From Methanothrix sp. (GTDB lineage Archaea > Halobacteriota > Methanosarcinia > Methanotrichales > Methanotrichaceae), in the NCBI GenBank assembly GCA_037128175.1, contig JBAXWY010000064.1:1-11019 (forward strand): a stretch of DNA of 11,019 nt, in the 5' to 3' direction. The position numbers were made by a program, and so were the translations under genes. Shown here piece after piece: positions 1-9,936 of the stretch. The notes beneath the pieces are model-generated. The model had not been told where the DNA came from. It made no database searches and saw nothing but the letters and a program-made list of their open reading frames with translations. Numbering within the stretch: position 1 is the first letter of the stretch; each line of letters opens with the position of its first letter.

Positions 1-1170
1 GGGCTGAATTCATCCGAACCATTATACTGGATCAACAAAGGAGCAACACTCTACAACCAAGACAAATATGACGAGACCATCCAGGCTTACGATGCAGCCA
101 TCAAGCTGAATTCATCCGAACCAAGTTACTGGGACATCAAGGGCAATGCTCTCTACAATCAAGGCAAGTACGACGAAGCCATCAAGGCTTACGATGAAGC
201 TATCAAGCTGAATTCATCCGAACCAAGTTACAGGAACATCAAGGGCAATGCCCTCTACAATCAAGGCAAGTACGACGAGGCCATCAAGGCTTACGATGAA
301 GCTATCAGACTGAATTCATCCGAACCAAGTTACTGGATCAACAAAGGAGCAACACTCTACAACCAAGACAAATATGAAGAAGCCATCCAGGCTTACGATG
401 CAGCTATAAAACTGAATTTATCCGAACCAAGTTACTGGAACCTAAAAGGCATTGCTCTCTACAACCAAGACAAATTTGACGAAGCCGTCCAGGCTTACGA
501 TGCAGCTATTAAGCTGAATTTATCTGAACCAATTTATTGGAACAGCAAAGGCGTGGCTCTCGATAAACTGGGTAAGTACGATGAAGCTATCAAAGCCTAT
601 GATGAAGCTATCGAGCTGAATTCATCTGAGCCAAGTTACTGGAACCGCAAAGGCGTGGCTCTCGATAACCTGGGCAAGTACGATGAAGCTGTCAAAGCCT
701 ATGATCAAGCTATAAAGCTGAATCCATCTGAACCTAGTTACTGGAACAACAAAGGTGTGGCTCTCTACAACCAAGCCAAGTATGACGAGGCCGTCAAAGC
801 TTATGATGAAGCTATCGGGCAGAATTCATCCGAACCATTATACTGGATCAACAAAGGAGTTGCTCTCGATAACCTGGGCAAGTACGATGAGGCCATTCAA
901 TCATACAATAGAGGGAGCAGTATAGACCAAACGGATAGCGTTAACATGATAGATAAGGGCAATTCCCATTATAATGCAGGTGAATACGTCGCAGCTATAC
1001 GGTACTATGATGAGGCCATCAAGAAAGACCCAAAAGATGAATATGCTTGGTACAATAAAGCAATGGCTCTAAGGATGCTGCACCGCGATTCGGAGGCAAA
1101 AGCAGCCTATACCAAGGCACGCGAGCTCGGATACAATGGGCCTATGACACAAATGGAAATGACGGTATAG
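1..1170 (+). CDS. Tetratricopeptide repeat protein, 5'-truncated by the window edge (about 11 TPRs visible)
   Basis: Frame +1 is open from base 1 (GGG CTG AAT TCA = GLNS...) to TAG 1168-1170, so the ORF-track start at 553 is internal. The repeats read YWxxKGxxLxxxGKYDEAIxAYDxAIxLNxSEP, matching the TPR consensus W4/G8/G15/Y17/A20/Y24/A27. Confidence 0.95.
   Translation, partial: GLNSSEPLYWINKGATLYNQDKYDETIQAYDAAIKLNSSEPSYWDIKGNALYNQGKYDEAIKAYDEAIKLNSSEPSYRNIKGNALYNQGKYDEAIKAYDEAIRLNSSEPSYWINKGATLYNQDKYEEAIQAYDAAIKLNLSEPSYWNLKGIALYNQDKFDEAVQAYDAAIKLNLSEPIYWNSKGVALDKLGKYDEAIKAYDEAIELNSSEPSYWNRKGVALDNLGKYDEAVKAYDQAIKLNPSEPSYWNNKGVALYNQAKYDEAVKAYDEAIGQNSSEPLYWINKGVALDNLGKYDEAIQSYNRGSSIDQTDSVNMIDKGNSHYNAGEYVAAIRYYDEAIKKDPKDEYAWYNKAMALRMLHRDSEAKAAYTKARELGYNGPMTQMEMTV
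4..910 (+). repeat. Intragenic tandem repeat, 102-nt (34-codon) unit, about 9 copies
   Basis: Units begin c(t/a)gaat at 4, 106, 208, 310, 412, 514, 616, 718 and 820, an exact 102-nt period, and are similar at the DNA level. Confidence 0.95.
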
Positions 1171-1171
1171 C

Positions 1172-1208
1172 GATGCGTGCAAACTGCTTAGCATGCATCT
1201 CTTTTTTC
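1172..1208 (+). terminator. Hairpin plus T-tract terminator after the TPR gene
   Basis: gatgcgtgc (1172-1180) pairs with gcatgcatc (1191-1199) as a 9-bp stem with one G-U and a 10-nt loop, followed by tcttttttc. It lies directly after the stop codon. Confidence 0.6.
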
Positions 1209-1269
1209 AGGTAGAAGAACAAGGATGGCAAGAATCGCAGCTATTATCCTCGTCCGCTTTTGGCAATCT

Positions 1270-1286
1270 CGCAAAGCATTTAATAT
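1270..1286 (+). promoter_or_regulatory. Putative archaeal BRE/TATA promoter for the M20-mobB genes
   Basis: Purine-rich cgcaaag followed by TTTAATA (1279-1285), about 45 nt upstream of ATG 1329. Confidence 0.5.
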
Positions 1287-1328
1287 GCCCTCAGGGCTTA
1301 TTAGGTCTATTTTATGAAGGAATGCAAG

Positions 1329-2555
1329 ATGCCCGAAATTATCCCCTCGCCCGATCCCAACGACCTCATGGACCTGCTAAAAAAAATCATCAGTTTTAAG
1401 ACCGTCGCCCCTCCGGGCAGCAATTATCAGGAGATTGTGGACTGGCTCGTCCCCATCTTTCGGGAGATGGGCTTTGCCACGCAAAAGATGGTCATGCCCG
1501 AGGACGTCTTCGCGGCAAAATGCAGTGACCGGCAGTTAGTGGGTGATCGCTTTAATTTGCGCGCCGACCTTTCTGTGGGGGCGGAAAAGACGCTGGTGAT
1601 CTATGCCCATCTGGATGTGGTGCCGGCAGAAGGAAACTGGGAAACTGACCCATTTCAGGCGGTAGCGAAGAACGGAAGAGTCTATGGCCGGGGCGTTTCC
1701 GACTGCAAGGGATCGATTGCGGCTCTGATTGCCGCTTTGAAGGCGCTCCTGGAGAGCGGCAAGCCGAAGTACAATCTCTCGGTTCTTTTGACCACGGATG
1801 AGGAGGTGGGCGGCTACTCCGGCCTGTGCTATCTCACCGATTTGGGCCAGGTGAAGGGAGACCTGATGCTCTGCATGGACGGCTTCTCTGATGATGTAGT
1901 GATAGGCAGCAACGGTATAATACACTGGGATGTGGTTGTGCACGGCAGATCCTCGCACAGCGGCTCCAGTTTCCTGGGGATAAATGCCGTGGAGAGATCG
2001 ATACCCGTCATGGACGCGCTCATGAATCTCAAGAAGATAGTGCAGGCCAGAAGATCTCTTCTGCCCGCCAGCTCCGCCCTGGAAGCCGTTGGAAAGAAGA
2101 ACCTCATGCCCATCCTCAATATTACTATGATCAATGGGGGCGTCAAGGAGAACATTGTGCCGGATAGCTGCAATCTGCGCGGCGACCGGCGGGTGATACC
2201 GGAAGAGAGCATGGACGAAGCTATGGCGGAGATAGAGAGAACCCTAAAACCGCTGGATATCGACTTTGATCTCAAGTTTTATCCCGGCTATCCGCCCATG
2301 AGCGTAAATCCGGATCACCCCTGGGTCTTGGAGGTGAGGGAAGCGGTGCAAAGAGGCATGGGCTTCTTCCCCCGCCTATCCGGAGCGCAGGGCAGCCTGG
2401 ATCAGGCCTATGCCACTGAGAAGACCGGGATCCCTACCTGCGTCTTTGGGGTAGGCCGGCAACTGGAGAGCAATATCCACGGCCTTAACGAGAACGTGCG
2501 CGTGGCTGATTTGAATGGATTCGCGAGATTTCTAATTGAACTGCTGCGCGCCTGA
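1329..2555 (+). CDS. M20 family metallopeptidase/deacylase (ArgE/DapE-like)
   Basis: Motifs AHLDVVP, GRGVSDCKG, TTDEEVGG, HSGS..GINA, GGVKENIVP and NIHGLNE. ATG 1329 has gaagga upstream; ATG 1314 is an in-frame alternative start. Substrate cannot be assigned from sequence alone. Confidence 0.9.
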   Translation: MPEIIPSPDPNDLMDLLKKIISFKTVAPPGSNYQEIVDWLVPIFREMGFATQKMVMPEDVFAAKCSDRQLVGDRFNLRADLSVGAEKTLVIYAHLDVVPAEGNWETDPFQAVAKNGRVYGRGVSDCKGSIAALIAALKALLESGKPKYNLSVLLTTDEEVGGYSGLCYLTDLGQVKGDLMLCMDGFSDDVVIGSNGIIHWDVVVHGRSSHSGSSFLGINAVERSIPVMDALMNLKKIVQARRSLLPASSALEAVGKKNLMPILNITMINGGVKENIVPDSCNLRGDRRVIPEESMDEAMAEIERTLKPLDIDFDLKFYPGYPPMSVNPDHPWVLEVREAVQRGMGFFPRLSGAQGSLDQAYATEKTGIPTCVFGVGRQLESNIHGLNENVRVADLNGFARFLIELLRA

Positions 2556-2562
2556 ATCAATT

Positions 2563-3021
2563 ATGAAAGTAATATCCGTAGTCGGAACCAAGAAGACGGG
2601 CAAGACCACTCTCGTGGCCGCCCTGGTGGCGTCGCTGGCCAAGCACGGTAAAGTGGGTACCATCAAGAACATGGCCGGTCATCCTGTGGACCGGGGCGAC
2701 ACCAAGCGCCACTTCGATGCCGGAGCGGATGTGGTCATCGGCCTCGGAGAGGCGCGCCTCAAGGTGACGCGGGAACGAGGGGACCTTGAATCCGCGCTGG
2801 TTGAACTGGAGGCGGAGGGGGTGAACTTCTGCGTGGTGGAGGGCTTCAAGCACAGCACTCTACCCAAGATCGTCATGGCCGATATTGAGGTGACCAATGT
2901 GGTGCGAAGGGTGAGGCTCGCACAGGTGGATGAGGCGCTGGTCGCGGAGATCGTGGAGACTGTGAGGGGAATGGAGGACTACTGCGCCCTTGAGATATGT
3001 TGCCCTGGACAGAAAACTTAA
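2563..3021 (+). CDS. mobB: MobB-like molybdopterin-guanine dinucleotide biosynthesis protein B (P-loop NTPase)
   Basis: MKVISVVGTKKTGKTT Walker A, VGTIK, DTKRHFDAGADVVIG and VVEGFK are typical of MobB. ATG 2563 is 7 nt after the M20 stop. Confidence 0.85.
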   Translation: MKVISVVGTKKTGKTTLVAALVASLAKHGKVGTIKNMAGHPVDRGDTKRHFDAGADVVIGLGEARLKVTRERGDLESALVELEAEGVNFCVVEGFKHSTLPKIVMADIEVTNVVRRVRLAQVDEALVAEIVETVRGMEDYCALEICCPGQKT

Positions 3022-3024
3022 ACA
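3010..3024 (+). promoter_or_regulatory. Possible BRE/TATA element overlapping the mobB stop, driving the FpoO-like gene
   Basis: cagaaaa followed by cttaaaca about 45 nt upstream of ATG 3065; an SD-like aggagatga lies at 3050-3058. Confidence 0.35.
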
Positions 3025-3064
3025 TGAGAAGCTACATCCACCAATTCGTAGGAGATGAAATTAA

Positions 3065-3241
3065 ATGGCTGATTGCGAACTATGTACCCGTGCACGACCG
3101 TTGCTCTTTCCCATAAAGGCCCCCGTCCACAACCTCACTTACCCCGAGGGCGCATACAAGGGCGTATGCGACATCTGCCTGGATAACCTGGAGAAGGGCT
3201 GGCAGGAGCGCTTTGGGGCAAAGCCGGAAGAGAAAAAATAA
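3065..3241 (+). CDS. fpoO: Small FpoO-family (F420H2:methanophenazine oxidoreductase subunit O-like) Cys-rich protein, 58 aa
   Basis: Hand translation: MADCELCTRARPLLFPIKAPVHNLTYPEGAYKGVCDICLDNLEKGWQERFGAKPEEKK*. MxDCxLC...YPEGxxKGxCxxCLD matches my recollection of the Methanosarcina FpoO N-terminal module. SD-like aggagatga upstream. Absent from the ORF track, probably because it is below the length cutoff. Confidence 0.8.
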   Translation: MADCELCTRARPLLFPIKAPVHNLTYPEGAYKGVCDICLDNLEKGWQERFGAKPEEKK

Positions 3242-3321
3242 AATAATATAACATTTTTCGCATAATCGCGCAGAGCTTGCGCCCTAGCTTTGGCTCTGGC
3301 GCTGGATGGCAGATCATGAGG

Positions 3322-3708
3322 ATGCAAAAAGAGGAGAAGATAGTAGTAGTATTGCTCCTCATGGCCCTGGGATCTTTGGCGGTGGCTTTCTGGTCTTTTG
3401 GCCCTGAAGACGATGCGTTGGCCGGCCTCAATAATGATGATTCCGGCACGAAGAAAGAGGCAAGCCTTTCTGTGGAAGGTCTGGTACTGGAGAAGAATCC
3501 TACCAAGAGTGGCGGTAACTTAATTATCAGGCTGGACTCAACGCCTCTGCCTATTTTTATTCCATCAAAAGCAGGGGCTGGAGAGATTCAAGACAAGGTG
3601 AATTTAGGCGATCGCGTCCGGATCAAGGGTACTGTATCCTCTTTTCAAGGAAATGACGAGATCATTGTGGGTCGGTCGACAGATGTAGTTTCTATTGAGG
3701 ATAAATAA
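3322..3708 (+). CDS. Membrane-anchored OB-fold domain protein
   Basis: N-terminal hydrophobic anchor (IVVVLLLMALGSLAVAFWSF), an acidic linker, then VEGLV...GNLIIRLD...IFIP...LGDRVRIKGTVSSFQGNDEI, an OB-fold beta pattern. Start is ATG 3322 or 3316. Confidence 0.75.
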   Translation: MQKEEKIVVVLLLMALGSLAVAFWSFGPEDDALAGLNNDDSGTKKEASLSVEGLVLEKNPTKSGGNLIIRLDSTPLPIFIPSKAGAGEIQDKVNLGDRVRIKGTVSSFQGNDEIIVGRSTDVVSIEDK

Positions 3709-3730
3709 TTAGTTTTTTTGTATATTTTAC
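3709..3730 (+). terminator. Oligo-T archaeal terminator
   Basis: ttagtttttttgtatatttt immediately after TAA 3708. Confidence 0.5.
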
Positions 3731-3866
3731 TCTAATTTATGCTTGCCTTGTCATTCCAAAGGTCTTAGACAAATTAAATATAGTAAAACAACGAAGACGT
3801 AATAATGAGAATCTCCTAAAGATATCAAAAATGCTTTCGTTGAAAATTATCTGATGGGGAAAAACT

Positions 3867-6800
3867 ATGCAGAAGATAAGGAATGGGGCTTCAACGGTTT
3901 TCTTTCTTTTTGTGAGTTCATTGATCATTGCGAGTGCATTTATCAGCTTTCTAGCAAAAGCGACAACTTTATTAGATATGCCGGAATTTTTGACGTATGC
4001 GCCAATTCTCATCCTAATAATCTTATTAATACCAGCCATTATTATCTATATTAGGCCATTGCATAAGAAATGGTCAACTTCCGTTATAGTATTTTGTCTT
4101 GGCATTGACGTTATTCTAATTTCGCTCCTCATTCTTCGCATGGCTGACCAGGCCTTTGGAGAAACCATATTAGACCTGTTCTTTGGAGGAGCCAAAGACT
4201 TATCACAATTTTCTCTATGGGCAATGCTGGGCGCATCCATTGTCTTCGTTTTATTAATACTATTCCTTCTCGGAATTATATTATTTGTTTCAAGATATAC
4301 TATTTTCTCCCCTGCCCAATTCTTATTATTGTGGATATTCAGATGGCTGGGAAAGATCTACCGTTTCTTGGCTAGTGGATGCCCTGCACCAGTAATAAGG
4401 CTAGCAGATGTCGTAATCATAGTCTGGTTGACGGAGAAAGCCTACAATATCCTGATTGCATCCAGCTCAAGAATTGTAATCGATGGCACGTCCCAGATCA
4501 ACGGGGCCATATCTAACGTCACATATCTTGGTGCAAGGTATATGCAAGGATCTTTGCTGGACGGACCATTTGATGGGTTATTGCTCAATATGGATTCGAC
4601 AAAGGGAGTAATATTATATTGGAATTATTTTGGAGATAACTTTTTCTATGCAATGATATCAAGCATAATAACAACTATCTGGTTTCATTGGGAGAAGATC
4701 CTAGTAATCTGGTTTCTTTTAGAAGTAATATTGTTTGTCATGAAAGCATCCCATCAATTGTCAATTGAGGCGGAAGATTTCACAAATTCTCTCCCGCGAC
4801 AAACCAAAACGGATGATAACGCTGCAAAGGGTGCCGACAAAGATGGACCTAGTCTTAGTGGTCTGGCCGATCTACTGGCAACAAATCTCAATAGGATAAG
4901 CGAATTATACAGAGATGTAGATGAGCAACGCGCCATACGATCAGAATCCGGAGCAGGCAGGCCTGTCGAAGCCACTCTTAAATCGGGGGAAATAGGAGAA
5001 ATTCTAAAGAGTTCAACCAGCGAAAAATCGGCGATTGGACTAGGCCCAATAAGCATCCCCATGGGGTCCGTCACTGGTATGATCGGGCGCTTGATGCAGG
5101 GACCAAGGATAACTATCGGATTGCATCAGACTAAAGACACAACGAAGGAGAACGGAGATATCTTTTACCTGACTGCAACCATGACGGGAAGTGAGCCATA
5201 TAGCTGGGTTGTTGATGAGCAGCCATCCTTGGATGGTAAAAGAGAGACCCGAACTATTGACGATATGGTCGATGAGCTCTCACACCGGATTTTCGCAAAG
5301 CTGGCCTTTGGGGAACCTGGTAAAGTGGTGCCCTGGAAGGCGGTTTGGAATTTCAATGAAGGTCTTCGAGCTTATCGTGATTGTCTGCATTCTATCAAAA
5401 AACGACTATATTACTTAAAGGATGCTGAGAAGTACTTCATCAACGCTGCCGAAGAGGAGGATGACTCCATTAAAGCCTATTACAATTTAGGGGTTGTCTA
5501 TACCGAGCTTCAGCAGCTCGACTCTGCCGAGGTCGCGTTCTCCCGGGCCATTAAGAAAAATCCCAATGGATGGGAGGCATATTATGCCCTGGGGCTTAAT
5601 ATTTATAATAGAGCAAGAGACCAAGAGGAGCTTTCTCATTCGTATCATGATAATGAGCTTCTTGCCCTTTGCAAGAAGACGATTAAAGAACAGTATACCA
5701 AAGTTGTTGATTTGAGCGACTATATAATTGAGTTGAAAGAAGCAATCTTCATTTGGAAGGATTTCCAATGTCTCGCAAAAGCATATAATCTGAAAGGAGA
5801 TGCCATGAGCCATCTGGCCAGGATCGACGAAAATAAACGAGCGCTTATTTGTGCAGATAGAACTGGCAAGGATACCTCTGTGGTCCCGAAGATATCTATT
5901 TTAGAAAATTACACTCTGGCCGATTCGTTAGAGTACTGCAAAAAGTCGGCGTATTATTCCTGGTTGGCATTGTTTGAAGCAGAATTTTGGGAGGATGATG
6001 TATCTGATGCCAGGAAGCTGGTTAGTGAGTGTTTAATTGATTTGGCTGAATTGTATTTGCTTAATCAAAATAATTATAATGCAAGAAAGTCTCTTGAACA
6101 AGCCATAAGCCTGAACCCCTCTGATTCCAATTTACATCTTTATCTTGGCAAAGCCTATTGTTTGCATTCGGACCCTGAAACAGCTAGAGAAATATTCGAA
6201 TTTGGCTCAAAAATGGCACCAGAAGATGCCCGATTTCAGGCCTGTCTTGGGTGTGTCTTTAATAAATTAGGGTACAAAGAACGAGCGTTTCAAATATGCG
6301 ATAATATCATGGTTTATGGTCCTGATGCATGCAGTGCAGCCTTAGATGTGGTAGCAAAAGTCTATGAGTCAATGAAGATGGGCGATCAATGTCATCGTCT
6401 GGAAAACGCTTCTTTTTTAGCCAGATTAAAGGATGATGCCAATAAAGGCGATTCAATTATCACTTGTCTAGAGATGGTGCTTGAATGTGGCGGAATTGAT
6501 AAAGGTGGATCGGGAACAAATACGAATATCGTTCAAGATTGGAAACGTGCCAAAGCTTCCGCGACATTAATCAAAATATTAGATGATCTAGACTCGATGG
6601 ATAATGATCGTGATGAAACTAAGAACATTTATGAAATCTACATCAAAGAAATCATTTATAATTTGAAATGTGAAGTCAAATCGACCAACGGATGGGAAAA
6701 AGCACAGATTCTTTATTCGTGCGGTTATCTATCATATCTATACTATGATTATAGATATAAGTCTTTCAGAGAAGCAAGAGAGAGATTTGATCGACATAGA

Positions 6801-8737
6801 CACTATTTGAATTTGGGAAGAATGGACCAAGCTAGAAAATGCATAAATAATTCAATTAAAATTCTTGAAATAAATAAGATTAAATTCATCAGTGATTTTG
6901 ATAAAAAAATAGAAAATGCAAAAAGGCATCTTGAAAATGACTCTATTTCCATTGTACTTGCAGGAGCCGAATTAGATGCTCTATTTAATGAACTATATCT
7001 AGACAAAAATCGAGAGTCTGAGGCATATCTCACTGATGCTCGAAATGTATTAAAATGTAAATTGGATCTATATAAATTTATAAACTTTAATCTAAATCGA
7101 GACTATGCTATTGACTGCAATTTTGTTGGCATCAAACTCGCGAAAGGTTCTCATAGAAAAGAAGCGATCTTAACGATAATACAAGAAAAAACCATTGAAA
7201 ATATCAACACGTCCGACGAAATAGTCAAATCCTCAAATAAAATTGCTATCGATGAATTAAAAAAAGCCTCAAAAATGTGCGGAACGGTGTATATCCAATC
7301 TGTTAATCTCCTTGAAGATTGCGGAATTGATCGATTAAATATATATGTGGACGAGTTTATAAATACGCTTAGTGAGATCAATGATATTTTTAAAGACAAG
7401 AATGAATTATCTAATTCAGATATTTCAAAGATTAAAAAAGAAATATCAATAATGTACTCTCTGTATATTCAAGAATATTCTCAGCTTTTAATTGAATCCG
7501 GTCAGCTTTATCTCAAGATGAAAAAGCCAAAAGAAGCGGAAAAGGCCTTCCAGGAAGCAATTGAGCTATTAAAGGATGAGCGTCCTCAGGATATAAAAAG
7601 CAGAAGCCTGTGGACGCTGCTCTCTCGATCGCAGAGCGAACTGGGAAATGAAATGTCCGATGCCCTCAAAGGAGCCCAAAAAGGAAGAATGGTTAACCCG
7701 CTGGGCTACGATGAGCGCAGTGAACTGGGCAGTATATTCTGCAAACTGGAGGAGTTTGATTTTGGCCTGCAAGAGCTGGACTATGCCCAATCATGGAAGC
7801 CTGACGGACCTGACATCCTGGTCGAGATGGGACGATCGTATCTCAAACAGGCAAATGAATGCGGCGATAAAGAGCACCGTCAGAAAATCCTGGCAAATGC
7901 CTGTGATAAGCTTAGTCAGGCTTTAAGGATTTATGATAAATCTCTGATAATAAAGAGGGGTGTGGCTCGTTACTGGCTTGGCAAAGTGTATTATGAGATG
8001 GGTGAATACAAGAAAGCAATACCGCATTTCAGAATTCTCTACAATGTTAGGTCTGCAAAGATAGATTCTGACAGAGACACGCTCATAATTGCTCTACGAC
8101 TTGCTCAGGCTTATCTTAAGGCAAAGTCATTCGATGAATCGGAAAGACTATTCGATCTGATAATCGTGAAAAGAAAAGACCTTGACGATTATGAGATCTG
8201 CGACATTCCTGGTGAAAAATATGATGATCCTATTTTTTTCAAGGAGATAATAATCAAGGCCTGCTTGGGTAAATCTATCTCATGCCTGGAACGCAATGGT
8301 AATCCTTGTATTGCCTTGGATAATGCTGGTCTTGCTATAAAATATATCGACTCCCCGGAATACTTTAGTGATGACCCTAATTGCAAAAAAATATCCTCTG
8401 AGAGGTTGTGCTGCTTGAACGCCGATTACGATGATTGCATTGGCTGGATATATTATAATCTGGGTCTCGTGAATGAAGCGATAGACTGGCTTGAGAAATC
8501 CGTCTCCAAACAAGCAAAACCTTACACATACTTGCATCTAGCTATGGCATACGAATGCAAAATGAATTTATGTAATCCCCAATCAAAGGGGGATTCGCTC
8601 ATTGCCAGAAGGGCCTTGAAATGTTGCCAGCTGGCCAATGAATTGGATCTTAGAGGTGAGTACAAGCAAGACTTAAAAGAGCTGAATATGAGGCTTCGTG
8701 AAAGATCTGCTGAAAAATCGCCTGTGAAAAACACGTG

Positions 8738-8738
<1 letters not shown>
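3867..8738 (+). CDS. 1623-aa multi-pass membrane protein with C-terminal TPR arrays, function unknown
   Basis: Uninterrupted 4.87-kb ORF. About 5-7 hydrophobic segments in aa 1-292. TPR motifs include AYYNLGVVYTELQQLDSAEVAFSRAIKKNP, LHLYLGKAY, ARYWLGKVYYEMGEYKKAI and DCIGWIYYNLGLVNEAIDWLEKSV. Confidence 0.88.
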
Positions 8739-9921
<1,183 letters not shown>

Positions 9922-9936
9922 GTGGATTTGAAGTTC

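Noticed and set aside
1-910. 34-aa repeats with a variable di-residue read as TALE-like, CRISPR, or a DGR target
   Set aside because: The consensus is clearly TPR, not TALE. The repeats are coding with no unique spacers. No reverse transcriptase or template repeat is present in the window.
1193-1399. 68-aa ORF from the track
   Set aside because: It spans a terminator and a promoter, overlaps the M20 start in another frame, and has no recognisable motif.
1536-2897. Minus-strand ORFs 1536-1958, 1829-2275, 2557-2853 and 2679-2897
   Set aside because: Antisense shadows of the GC-rich M20 and mobB genes, with no motifs.
3151-3170. Inverted repeat cgcatac-aagggc-gtatgcg, and 3022-3270 as a possible ncRNA
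   Set aside because: A 7-bp stem inside the FpoO-like coding sequence; the region is explained by that CDS.
3135-3506. Minus-strand ORFs 3135-3506 and 3139-3327
   Set aside because: They overlap the better-supported FpoO-like and OB-fold genes on the + strand.
6480-7500. AT-rich block as an intein or mobile element
   Set aside because: No intein splice motifs (N-terminal C/S block, C-terminal HN followed by C/S/T), no LAGLIDADG motifs, and no terminal inverted repeats seen.
3737-8734. Many short alternative-frame and antisense ORFs within or overlapping the giant gene
   Set aside because: Expected by chance against a 4.9-kb ORF; none has a recognisable domain.
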